Positions 49,686-59,800 of a DNA stretch of 64,000 bases are shown piece after piece; the stretch's first letter is position 1; the number at the start of each line of letters is the position of its first letter. The stretch is from Bacillota bacterium. Lineage in GTDB: Bacteria; Bacillota; Sulfobacillia; Thermaerobacterales; RSA17. The stretch spans positions 2,051 to 66,050 of the forward strand of contig PKRI02000006.1 in NCBI GenBank assembly GCA_017577485.2, given 5' to 3'. Below the pieces are notes generated by a model. That model did no database searches and had not been told where the DNA came from. It saw only the letters and a program-made list of their open reading frames with translations. The position numbers were made by a program, and so were the translations under genes.

Positions 49686-50455
49686 GGGTGGGAGCGCTGG
49701 TGCTGGCCGGCCGCGCCAACCGGGGCGACCTGGCGGGGGTGTCGGACGCGCCGCTGGAAGCGCTGGTGCCGGTGGGCGGCCGGCCCATGATCGCCTACGT
49801 GCTGGATGCCCTGAGGTCGGCCGGCGCCGTGGATACGGTGGTGGTGGTAGGCCAGCCGGAGCCCCTGGCGCCGGTGACGGGCGCCGGCGTGACGCTGGTG
49901 GCGCCCGGAGCCACCCTGGTGGACAACCTGCGCCGGGGCTTCGCGGCCCTGGACGGCGCCGAGCGCTTTCTGGCCGTCACCTCGGACGTGCCTCTGCTGA
50001 CCGCCGCCGCGGTGGACGACTTCGTCGCCCGGGCCCGGGCGGCCGGCGGCGCCTTCCACTATGCCGTGGTGACCCGCGAGAATTACGAGGCCGCTTTCCC
50101 GGGGTCGCGCCGCACCTGGGTGCGCTTGCGAGACGGCACCTTCACCGGCGGCAACCTGTTCCTGGCCGAGGCGTCCGTGGCCCGGCGCGCCCTGGACCTG
50201 GTGGAGCGGTTCTACGCCAACCGCAAGAACCCGCTGGGCCTGGCCCGGCTGCTGGGCCTGGGCACCATCCTGGCCTTCGCCCTGGGGCGGCTGACGGTGC
50301 CGCGCCTGGAAGCCCGCGTGTCGGCCATGGTGGGAGCCCAGGGGCGGGCGATCATCACCCCGTACGCCGAAATCGCCTTCGACGTGGACCGTCCCGAGGA
50401 CCTGGAGGCCGCCGGGCTGTGGCTCCGGCGCCGCGGGCAGGCGAGTCCCGCGTGA
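49682..50455 (+). CDS. MobA-like NTP-transferase family protein, specific function unknown
   Basis: 257 aa. ALVLAGRANRG..EALVPVGGRPMIAYVLDAL, TSDVPLLT. GTGA overlaps on both sides (ispE and purR). Confidence 0.6.
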   Translation: MRVGALVLAGRANRGDLAGVSDAPLEALVPVGGRPMIAYVLDALRSAGAVDTVVVVGQPEPLAPVTGAGVTLVAPGATLVDNLRRGFAALDGAERFLAVTSDVPLLTAAAVDDFVARARAAGGAFHYAVVTRENYEAAFPGSRRTWVRLRDGTFTGGNLFLAEASVARRALDLVERFYANRKNPLGLARLLGLGTILAFALGRLTVPRLEARVSAMVGAQGRAIITPYAEIAFDVDRPEDLEAAGLWLRRRGQASPA

Positions 50456-51312
50456 GCCAGCGCCTGCGGCGCAGCCAGCGCATTGCCGCCATGGTCAAGA
50501 TGCTGCTGGACGAACCAGGAGCCCTGGTGCCCCTGGGGCGCTTCGCCGACGCCCTGGGCGCGGCCAAGTCCACCATCAGCGAGGACCTGGCACTGGTCCG
50601 GGACACCTTCCAGCAGCTGGGCCTGGGCGTGGTGGAAACGGTGGCCGGGGCGGCCGGCGGGGTCCGCTACCACCCGCGCCTGAGCGCCGAGCGCATGAGG
50701 GAACTGCTGGAGGGCCTGAGCCGCACCTTGAGTTCCGCCGACCGCCTGCTGCCCGGCGGCTTCGTCTACATGACCGACATCGTCTTCTCGCCGCGGTGGT
50801 CGGCACGCATCGGCGAGGCCTTCGCCACCGTCTTCGCCGAGGCGGGGGCCCAGGCGGTGGTCACCGTGGAAACCAAGGGCATCCCGTTGGCCATGGCCAC
50901 GGCCCGCTCCCTGAACCTGCCGCTGGTGGTCTGCCGCCGCGACAGCCGCGTCACCGAGGGTACCGCCGTCAGCATCACCTACGTGTCGGGGTCCTCCCGG
51001 CAGATCAGCACCATGTCGCTGGCCCGGCGGGCCATGTCGCCGGGGAGCCGGGTCCTGCTGATCGACGACTTCCTGAAGGGCGGGGGGACGGCCCGGGGAA
51101 TGGCGGACCTCATGGCAGAGTTTGAGGCGGAGCCCGTGGGCATGGGCGTGCTGGTGGCCACCCGGGAACCGCGGCAGCGCCTGATCGGCGGGTTCGTGCC
51201 CCTGGTCTGGCTGGAAGCCGCCGACGAGGCCGCCCGCGTGGTGCGGGTGGTGCCCAACGAGGCGCTGCTGGACCCGGACGGCCACCGTCCCGAGGGAGGA
51301 TGGCGCCCGTGA
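50452..51312 (+). CDS. purR: Purine operon repressor PurR
   Basis: In-frame part of ORF 49507..51312, starting at GTG 50452. RSQRIAAMVKMLLDEPGALVPLGRFADALGAAKSTISEDLALV (winged helix), PRT domain VVTVETKGIPLA.. and VLLIDDFLKGGGTARG. Confidence 0.9.
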   Translation: MSQRLRRSQRIAAMVKMLLDEPGALVPLGRFADALGAAKSTISEDLALVRDTFQQLGLGVVETVAGAAGGVRYHPRLSAERMRELLEGLSRTLSSADRLLPGGFVYMTDIVFSPRWSARIGEAFATVFAEAGAQAVVTVETKGIPLAMATARSLNLPLVVCRRDSRVTEGTAVSITYVSGSSRQISTMSLARRAMSPGSRVLLIDDFLKGGGTARGMADLMAEFEAEPVGMGVLVATREPRQRLIGGFVPLVWLEAADEAARVVRVVPNEALLDPDGHRPEGGWRP

Positions 51313-52541
51313 GCGGCGGCGGTACCGGCCTCGATCTCCCCGCCGCGGCCGTGGAGGAGGCGGCCCGGCTGCTGGAGGGGCGGGTGGTGCGCACGCCCCT
51401 GCTGCCGCTGCTGGCGCCGGGCGCCGGCGGCGAGGCCAGGGTGTGGCTCAAGGCTGAGAACCTGCAGCGCACCGGCTCCTTCAAGATCCGCGGCGCTCTC
51501 AACTGCCTGGCGCGCCTGGAGCCGCAGCAGCGCCGCCGCGGCGTGGTGGCTGCCTCGGCGGGCAACCACGCCCAGGGGGTGGCGCTGGCCGCCGCCCAGG
51601 CCGGCGTGCCGGCGCTGATCGTCATGCCTGCGTCGGCCCCCATGGTCAAGGTGGAGTCCACCCGGTCCTACGGCGCCGAGGTGGTGCTGGCCGGCGACAC
51701 CTTCGACCAGGCTTACGCCGAGGCTTCCCGGCTCCAGCGGGAGCGGGGCGCCTTCTTCGTCCACCCCTTCGACGATCCCCACGTCATCGCCGGGCAGGGC
51801 ACCGTGGGCCTGGAGATCCTGGCGGACATGGACGACGTGGACCAGATCGTGGTGCCGGTGGGCGGCGGTGGCCTGATCAGCGGCATCGCCGCCTACGTGA
51901 AGCAGCGGCGGCCCGGGGTGCGGGTGGTGGGCGTCCAGCCCCGGGCGGCGCCGGCGCTCTACCGATCCATCCAGGCGGGCCGTCTGGTGCCCGGCGAGAG
52001 CGCCCGCACCATCGCCGACGGGCTGGCGGTCAAGGAACCCCGGGAGCGCACGTTCCAGTTGATCCGCCGGTACGTGGACGACATGGTCCTGGTGGAGGAA
52101 GACGAGATCGCGGCCGCCATCTTCATGCTGCTGGAACGTTCCCGGCTGGTGGTGGAGGGTGCCGGCGCCGCGGCGGTGGCGGCCCTTGAGAGCGGCCGCG
52201 TTCGTCCCGGGTCCGGCCGCACCGTGGCTGTGGTAAGCGGCGGCAACATCGACATCAACCTCATCGCCCGCATCATCGAACGCGGCCTGGTGGCCGACGG
52301 CCGTTACGTGCGGCTGGCGGCCCAGGTGGCCGACCGCCCCGGTTCGCTTCACCGGCTGCTGGGGGTGGTGGCCCGGGAGGGGGCCAACGTGGTCACCGTC
52401 AGCCACGAGCGCCTGGACCCGGCGGTGCCCCTGGGCGACACCGAGGTCGGCCTGGTCGTCGAAACCCGCAACCGCGCCCACGCCGAGCAGTTGATCGCCG
52501 CCATCCGCGCCGAGGGCATCGCCTGCCGCGAGCGCCCCTGA
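51309..52541 (+). CDS. ilvA: Threonine ammonia-lyase (PLP-dependent; IlvA/TdcB family with C-terminal ACT-like domain)
   Basis: ORF track 51300..52541. GTG 51309 overlaps the purR stop (GTGA). TPLLP.., KAENLQRTGSFKIRGA (PLP lysine), SAGNHAQGVALAA, GGGGLISG. The C-terminal ~80 aa form a regulatory domain. Confidence 0.85.
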   Translation: MSGGGTGLDLPAAAVEEAARLLEGRVVRTPLLPLLAPGAGGEARVWLKAENLQRTGSFKIRGALNCLARLEPQQRRRGVVAASAGNHAQGVALAAAQAGVPALIVMPASAPMVKVESTRSYGAEVVLAGDTFDQAYAEASRLQRERGAFFVHPFDDPHVIAGQGTVGLEILADMDDVDQIVVPVGGGGLISGIAAYVKQRRPGVRVVGVQPRAAPALYRSIQAGRLVPGESARTIADGLAVKEPRERTFQLIRRYVDDMVLVEEDEIAAAIFMLLERSRLVVEGAGAAAVAALESGRVRPGSGRTVAVVSGGNIDINLIARIIERGLVADGRYVRLAAQVADRPGSLHRLLGVVAREGANVVTVSHERLDPAVPLGDTEVGLVVETRNRAHAEQLIAAIRAEGIACRERP

Positions 52542-52625
52542 CGAGCCTCCCACAAATTTCCGCTGGACTGGAAGGACTTGGCATCCCGGCGGCGAACCTC
52601 CCCGGTGTGGGGGGAGGTGACGCGC

Positions 52626-52904
52626 TTGCAGATCACCGACGTGCGCCTGCGACGCATCACCGGCGACGAGCGGGTCCGGGCCGTGGCCTCCATCACCATC
52701 GACGACGCCTTTGCCGTCCACGACCTGCGGGTGGTGCAGGGCGACAAGGGCCTGTTCGTGGCAATGCCGAGCCGGCGGCGGGCGTCGGGCGAGTATTACG
52801 ACGTGGCCCACCCGGTGACGGCCGAGGCCCGCCAGTTGATCCAGCAGGCGGTGCTGGCGGCATACACCCGGGAGGCCCGGGAGGTGGCCGTGAGCAGCGG
52901 CTGA
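52626..52904 (+). CDS. spoVG: Septation/sporulation regulator SpoVG
   Basis: ORF track 52578..52904. TTG 52626 has GGAGGTGA 5 nt upstream. LQITDVRLRRI..RVRAVASITIDDAFAVHDLRVVQGDKGLFVAMPSRR..GEYYDVAHPVTAEARQLIQQAVL. Confidence 0.92.
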   Translation: MQITDVRLRRITGDERVRAVASITIDDAFAVHDLRVVQGDKGLFVAMPSRRRASGEYYDVAHPVTAEARQLIQQAVLAAYTREAREVAVSSG

Positions 52905-52958
52905 GACGGGTTGACCAGCGGCAATTCATCAAAACCGGGATCGGGTACGCGCACCGCG

Positions 52959-52987
52959 CGGCGGCAGGCGGTCACGGCCTGCCGCCG
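52959..52987 (+). terminator. GC hairpin downstream of spoVG (possible terminator, no U-tract)
   Basis: CGGCGGCAGGC-GGTCACG-GCCTGCCGCCG, an 11-bp perfect stem, followed by a second small hairpin GCCGCC-TTCG-GGCGGC. Confidence 0.3.
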
Positions 52988-53141
52988 CCGCCTTCGGGCG
53001 GCCCGGCCGCCGGGGTGCGGGACCGGTGCCGGTCGCGCTATACTGCCGGGGTGGGCCGGCAGCCGGAGGGGCCCTCCGCGCCGGTGTGGAATAGCGGCCA
53101 CGAACCTGAACCGGCCATGCCGGTGGGGAGGGTTTCACACC

Positions 53142-54530
53142 ATGAGAACCGTGGCGGTGATCCTGGCCGCGGGGCAGGGCACCCGGATGCGTTCCGACCT
53201 GCCCAAGGTGCTGCACCCGCTGGCGGGCCGGCCCATGGTCCGGTACGTGCTGGAGGCCGTGCGCGGGGCCGGGGTCGACCGGGTGGTGGCCGTGGTGGGG
53301 CACCAGGCGGACCGGGTGGCTCAGGCCCTGGGCGACGACGCGCGCTGCGTCGTGCAGGAGCCGCAGCTGGGCACCGGCCACGCCGTGCAGTGCGCCGAGG
53401 CCGAGGCTGCGGGCTTCGACCGGGTGCTGGTGGTCCCCGGGGATACGCCCCTGCTGACGGCGGGCACCCTGGCTTCCCTGCTGGAGCGCCACGCCCGGAG
53501 CGGCGCCGCCGCCGTCCTGCTGACCGCGGTGGTGGACGACCCCACCGGCTACGGGCGGGTGATCCGCGACGCCGCCGGGATGGTCCAGCGCATCGTGGAA
53601 GAGGCCGACGCCGGCCCTGAGGAGCGGGCCGTCCGCGAGATCAACGCGGGGGTGGCGGTCTTCGACGGCCCGGCGCTGTTTGCGGCGCTGCGGGGCATCA
53701 CCGCCGCCAACCGCCAGAACGAATATTACCTGTGGGACGTGCTGCCGCTGCTCATGGCCGCGGGAGGCGCCGTGGAGGCGGTGGCGGCCGCCGATCCCGA
53801 CGAGATCATGGGCGTCAACGACCGGGTGGCCCTGGCCGAGGCCGAGGCCGTGGTGCGGCGGCGCATCGCCCGGCACTGGATGCGCCAGGGGGTGACGCTG
53901 GTGGACCCGGCTACCACCTACATCGGCGCCGACGTGGAGATCGGCCCCGATACCGTCATCGAACCTCTGACGGTGCTGGCCGGCCGCACCGTGGTGGGCC
54001 GCAGCTGCCGCATCGGCCCGGGCGCCCAGATCTACCACAGCCGCATCGGCGACGGCTGCACCGTCGGCCCTTCGGTGATCGAGGAAAGCCGCCTGGGTGA
54101 CGGCGTCACCGTGGGCCCCTTCAACCACCTGAGGCCGGGCACCGTGCTGGAAGACGGCGCGCGGGTGGGCAACTTTGCGGAATTGAAGAATACCCGGGTG
54201 GGGCCCGGCAGCAAGGTGCCCCATCACAGCTACCTGGGCGACGCGGAGATCGGCCGGGGCGTCAACATCGGCGCCGGGGCCGTGACCGTCAATTACGACG
54301 GGCGGGCCAAGCACCCGACGCGCATCGAGGACGGCGCCTTCATCGGATGCAACGTCAACCTGGTGGCGCCCGTCACGGTGGGACGCCGCGGGTACGTGGC
54401 GGCGGGGTCCACCATCCACCGCGACGTGCCGCCCGAGGCCCTGGCCATCGCCCGGAACCGCCAGGAGAACAAAGAGGGCTGGGTGCGCCGCCGGCTGGGC
54501 CCGGCGGGCGACGAGCCGCCCGAGGGGTAG
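53142..54530 (+). CDS. glmU: Bifunctional UDP-N-acetylglucosamine pyrophosphorylase / glucosamine-1-phosphate N-acetyltransferase
   Basis: In-frame part of ORF 52911..54530, starting at ATG 53142 (GGGGAGGG RBS). VAVILAAGQGTRMRSDLPKVLHPLAGRPM, GTGHAV, left-handed beta-helix hexapeptide repeats, NYDG..K. Confidence 0.93.
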   Translation: MRTVAVILAAGQGTRMRSDLPKVLHPLAGRPMVRYVLEAVRGAGVDRVVAVVGHQADRVAQALGDDARCVVQEPQLGTGHAVQCAEAEAAGFDRVLVVPGDTPLLTAGTLASLLERHARSGAAAVLLTAVVDDPTGYGRVIRDAAGMVQRIVEEADAGPEERAVREINAGVAVFDGPALFAALRGITAANRQNEYYLWDVLPLLMAAGGAVEAVAAADPDEIMGVNDRVALAEAEAVVRRRIARHWMRQGVTLVDPATTYIGADVEIGPDTVIEPLTVLAGRTVVGRSCRIGPGAQIYHSRIGDGCTVGPSVIEESRLGDGVTVGPFNHLRPGTVLEDGARVGNFAELKNTRVGPGSKVPHHSYLGDAEIGRGVNIGAGAVTVNYDGRAKHPTRIEDGAFIGCNVNLVAPVTVGRRGYVAAGSTIHRDVPPEALAIARNRQENKEGWVRRRLGPAGDEPPEG

Positions 54531-54542
54531 GGGGAAGCGGCC

Positions 54543-55490
<948 letters not shown>

Positions 55491-55555
55491 ACGGCCGCGA
55501 TCCGCTACACTGGGGTGCGGATTCGCCGCGAAAAGCCATGGTGGGAGTGTAGAAA

Positions 55556-56209
55556 ATGAGCACCTACGTGCTGAAGGCCGCTCGCCGGGACGTGGGGCGG
55601 GCCGGCGCCCTCCGGCGCGGCGGCTTTGTGCCCGGGATCGTCTACGGCGGCGGCGGCGAGAACGTGGCCGTCAAGATGGCCGCCGCCGACGTGCTGCGCT
55701 TCTTCCAGCAGCAGGGCGGCCGCGGCATCCTGCAGCTTGAGATCGACGGCCGGCCCGAGACCGTCATGGTCAAGGAGGTCCAGCGCCACCCGGTGCGCCT
55801 GGACGTGCTGCACATCGACTTCCAGCGGGTCCGGATGACCGAGAAGGTCCACGCCTCGGTGCCCCTGCGGCTGGAAGGCGAGGAGGCGCTGGTCAAGGCC
55901 GGCGCCGTGCTGCAGCACGCCCTGCGGGAGGTGGAGGTCTCCTGCCTGCCCGCGGACCTTCCCAGCGAACTGGTGGTGGACGTGTCGTCCCTGGCGCCGG
56001 GCGCCTCCCTTACCGTGGGCGACCTGCAGGCCCCGCCCGGGGTCGAGATCCTCAACGACCCCGACCAGGTGGTGGCGGTGGCGGTGGCCGGGCGCGCCGC
56101 CCGGACCGCCGGGCAAGCCGCCCCTGAAGCCGGCCAGGAGGCCGGTGCAGGCGCCGCCGAGGATGCCGGCCAGGATGCCGGGGACGACGCCGGCGGCGGG
56201 GACGCCTGA
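55556..56209 (+). CDS. rplY: 50S ribosomal protein L25 / general stress protein Ctc
   Basis: 217 aa. GFVPGIVYGGG.., VQRHPVRLDVLHIDFQRV, full-length Ctc form with an acidic Ala/Gly tail. Candidate promoter TTTACC 55482-55487 / TACACT 55506-55511. Confidence 0.9.
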   Translation: MSTYVLKAARRDVGRAGALRRGGFVPGIVYGGGGENVAVKMAAADVLRFFQQQGGRGILQLEIDGRPETVMVKEVQRHPVRLDVLHIDFQRVRMTEKVHASVPLRLEGEEALVKAGAVLQHALREVEVSCLPADLPSELVVDVSSLAPGASLTVGDLQAPPGVEILNDPDQVVAVAVAGRAARTAGQAAPEAGQEAGAGAAEDAGQDAGDDAGGGDA

Positions 56210-56233
56210 GGCGTTCCGTCCCCGGGGCGCTCC

Positions 56234-56824
56234 ATGGACGCGGCGTCGCTGTTGCTGGTGGGCCTGGGCAACCCCGGTCCCCAGTACGCTTCGACCCGCC
56301 ACAACGTGGGTTTCTGGGTCATCGACGAGATCAGCCGCGCTGCCGGCATCAAGGTCGGGCAGCGCGGCTTTTCGGCCCTCTGGGGCCAGGGCCGCATCGA
56401 CGGGGTGCCGGTGGTCCTCTGCAAGCCCCAGACCTACATGAACCTCAGCGGCCGGGCGGTGGCGCCGCTGGCGGCCCGCCTGGGCCTGCCGCCCGAGGCG
56501 GTCTGGCTGGTCCACGACGACCTGGACCTGCCGCCGGGCCGCCTGCGGCTGCGCCTGGGCGGCGGCGACGGCGGCCACCGGGGCGTGCGGTCGGTCATCG
56601 CCGCCCTGGGCAGCCGCCAGGTGGGCCGCATCCGCGTGGGCATCGGGCGCCCGCCCGAGGGTGTCGACGCCGCGGACTACGTGCTCCAGACCCCCCGCGG
56701 TGCCGAGCGGGATATACTCAATGCTGCGGTCCGGCGGGCCGCCGAGGCGGCCCTGACCCTGGTGCGCCTGGGTCCCGAGGCCGCCATGAATCGCTTCAAC
56801 ACCGCCGTCTCCGACCCGATCTGA
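56234..56824 (+). CDS. pth: Peptidyl-tRNA hydrolase
   Basis: 196 aa. LLVGLGNPGPQYASTRHNVGFWV, PQTYMNLSG, HDDLDLPPGRLRL, GGHRGVRS. Confidence 0.95.
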   Translation: MDAASLLLVGLGNPGPQYASTRHNVGFWVIDEISRAAGIKVGQRGFSALWGQGRIDGVPVVLCKPQTYMNLSGRAVAPLAARLGLPPEAVWLVHDDLDLPPGRLRLRLGGGDGGHRGVRSVIAALGSRQVGRIRVGIGRPPEGVDAADYVLQTPRGAERDILNAAVRRAAEAALTLVRLGPEAAMNRFNTAVSDPI

Positions 56825-56850
56825 ATTCCACTGCCGCGGAGTGATGGCTG

Positions 56851-59800
56851 GTGCAGGTTTCTGCCGGGTCCGGCGAGGCGCGGACCGGTCAGGGTCTGCT
56901 GTCGCTGCTGGACGACCTGCCCGAGTTCCGATCCCTGGCCGACGCGGTGCGCAAGCGGCGCGAGGCCGTGCTGGTCCACGGCCTGACCGCCGGCGCCGCG
57001 CCCTTCGTGCTGGCGCGCCTGTTCCAGGACGCCGGGCGCACCGTCCTGTGGGTCACGCCCGATTCGGCCCGGGCGGAGCAGGTGGCCGGCGAACTGGAGG
57101 TCTGGGCGCCGGGCCTGCGGGTAGCGGTGCTGCCCGCCGCCGAGGTCATGCCCTTCGAGACCCTGGCCGCCCACGACGAGGTGGGCCTCCAGCGCCTGGC
57201 GGTGCTGGGGCGCCTGGTGTCCGGGCGCCTGGACGTGGTGGTGACCCCGGCCGCCGCCCTGGCCGACCGCGGCGCCCCTGCCCAGGTGCTGCGGGACCTG
57301 TGCCTGCACCTGGACTGGAACACCGCCGTGGACCCCGGGGAACTGGCCCGGCGCCTGGTTGCCCTGGGCTACCAGCGCACCGACCTGGTGGAGCGGCCCG
57401 GCGACTTCGCCGTCCGCGGCGGCATCATCGACGTGTACCCGCCGGGCGACGAGCATCCCCTGCGCATCGAGTGGTTCGGCGACGAGATCGACTCGCTGCG
57501 CCGGTTCGAGGTGGGCAGCCAGCGCACCGTGGCCAACGTGGAAGAGGCCTTCCTGGGCCCCGCCCGGGAGCCGGCGTTGACGCCCGAGGCGCGGGCCCGG
57601 GCCGCGGCGGCCGCCCGCCGGGAACTGGAGCGGGTCGAGGCACGGCTGCGGGCCTCCAACCCCGAGGCCGCCGCTCGCCTGGCCCGGCGGGTGGGGGAAG
57701 ACCTGGACGCCCTGGAGACGGGGCGGCCCTTCCCCGGCATGGCGCGGTACGTGGCCTATGCCTATCCCGACGCCGCCACCCCGGCGGCGCTGATGCCGCC
57801 CGACAGCATCTGCGTGGTCGACGACTGGCCCCGCGTGGCCGAGGCCCTGGTCCAGCACCGGCAGGCCATCCAGGACCAGTTGAGCGGCTACCTGGAGTCC
57901 GGCGTGCTGCTGCCGGGCCACGGCGAGGCCTACGCCGACCCGGCCCGGGTCCAGGCCGATCTGGAACGCCTGGCCCGGGTCTACCTGCTGGCGCTGCCCC
58001 GGAGCCTGCCCGGCGTGCAGCCGGCGGCGGTCATCGGCTTCCAGTGCCGGACCGTGCCGTCCTTCCGCGCCCAGTGGGACCTGCTGGCCGACGAGGTGCG
58101 GTCCTGGCAGGCCGGGCGCCGCCGGGTGGTCTTCGGCCTTCCGGGCGCCGACCGGGCCCGGCGCCTGGCCGAGCTGCTCAACGAGCGCGGCGCCGGCGTC
58201 CGGGTCCTGGACCACCTGACCGAGGCGCCGCCCCAGGGCACCGCCGCGGCGGTGGCCCTGCCGGTCCGGGAGGGTTTCGAACTGGACGGCATCGCCCTGG
58301 TGGTGCTGTCGGACGCCGACGTGGCCGGCCGCGCCGTGCGGCGGCGCCGGCGGGCGACGGTCCCGGGGGGCGCCCGCATCCGCCACTACATGGAACTGGC
58401 CGAGGGCGACTACGTGGTCCACGTCCATCACGGCATCGGCCGCTACCTGGGCCTCCGGACCATGGAAGTCCAGGGCGTGCGCCGCGACTACCTGGTCCTG
58501 CAGTACCAGGGCGGTGACCGGCTGTACGTGCCCACCGACCAGGTGGATCTGGTGCAGAAGTACGTGGGCGGCGAGGGCGCCGAGCCGCGCCTGTCCAGGC
58601 TGGGCGGCGCCGAGTGGGCGCGGGCCAAGGAGCGGGTGCGCAAGTCGGTCCGCGACATGGCCGAGCAGCTGCTGGCCCTCTACGCCGCCCGGCAGACCGT
58701 GCCCGGCCACGCCTTCGCCCCCGACGGCCCCTGGCAGCGGGAATTCGAGGACGCCTTCCCCTACGTGGAGACCGAGGACCAGCTGCGGGCCACCGAGGAG
58801 ATCAAGCGCGACATGGAGGCGCCCCGGCCCATGGACCGCCTGCTGTGCGGCGACGTGGGCTACGGCAAGACCGAGGTGGCCATGCGGGCCGCCTTCAAGG
58901 CCGTTGCCGACGGCAAGCAGGTGGCGGTGCTGGTGCCCACCACCATCCTGGCCCACCAGCACTACCGCACGTTCAAGGAGCGGTTCCAGGACTTCCCGGT
59001 CAACATCGACGTGCTGTCGCGCTTCCGGTCGCCCCGGGAGCAGCAAGAGATCATCGCCGCCCTGCGCCAGGGCCGCATCGACATCATCATCGGCACCCAC
59101 CGCCTGGTGTCCAGAGATGTGGGCTTCAAGGACCTGGGACTGCTGATCATCGACGAGGAGCACCGCTTCGGCGTGGCCCAGAAGGAGCGCATCAAGCAGC
59201 TGAAGCAGAATGTGGACGTGCTGTCCATGACGGCCACGCCCATCCCCCGCACCCTGCACATGGCCATGACCGGCATCCGCGACCTCAGCGTCATCGAGAC
59301 GCCGCCGGAAGGCCGCTTCCCGGTTCAGACCTACGTGGTGGAGTACAACCCCACCATCATCCGCGAGGCCATCCTGCGGGAACTGCGGCGGGGCGGCCAG
59401 GTCTTCTACGTCCACAACCGGGTGCGCAGCATCGGCATCATCACCGACCGCCTGCGGCGCCTGGTGCCCGAGGCCCGCATCGCCTCCGCCCACGGCCAGA
59501 TGGACGAGGAGCGCCTGGAAAGGGTCATGATGGACTTCCTGGACGGCGCTTTCGACATCCTGGTCTGCACCACCATCGTGGAGTCGGGCCTGGATATCGC
59601 CAACGTCAACACCCTGATCGTCGAGGACGCCGACCGCATGGGCCTGGCGCAGCTGTACCAGCTGCGGGGGCGGGTGGGACGGTCCAGCCGGGTGGGCTAT
59701 GCCTACTTCACCTACCAGCGGGACCGGGTGCTGACCGAGGCGGCCGAGAAGCGGCTGCAGGCCCTGAAGGACTTCACGGACCTGGGGTCCGGCTTCAAGC

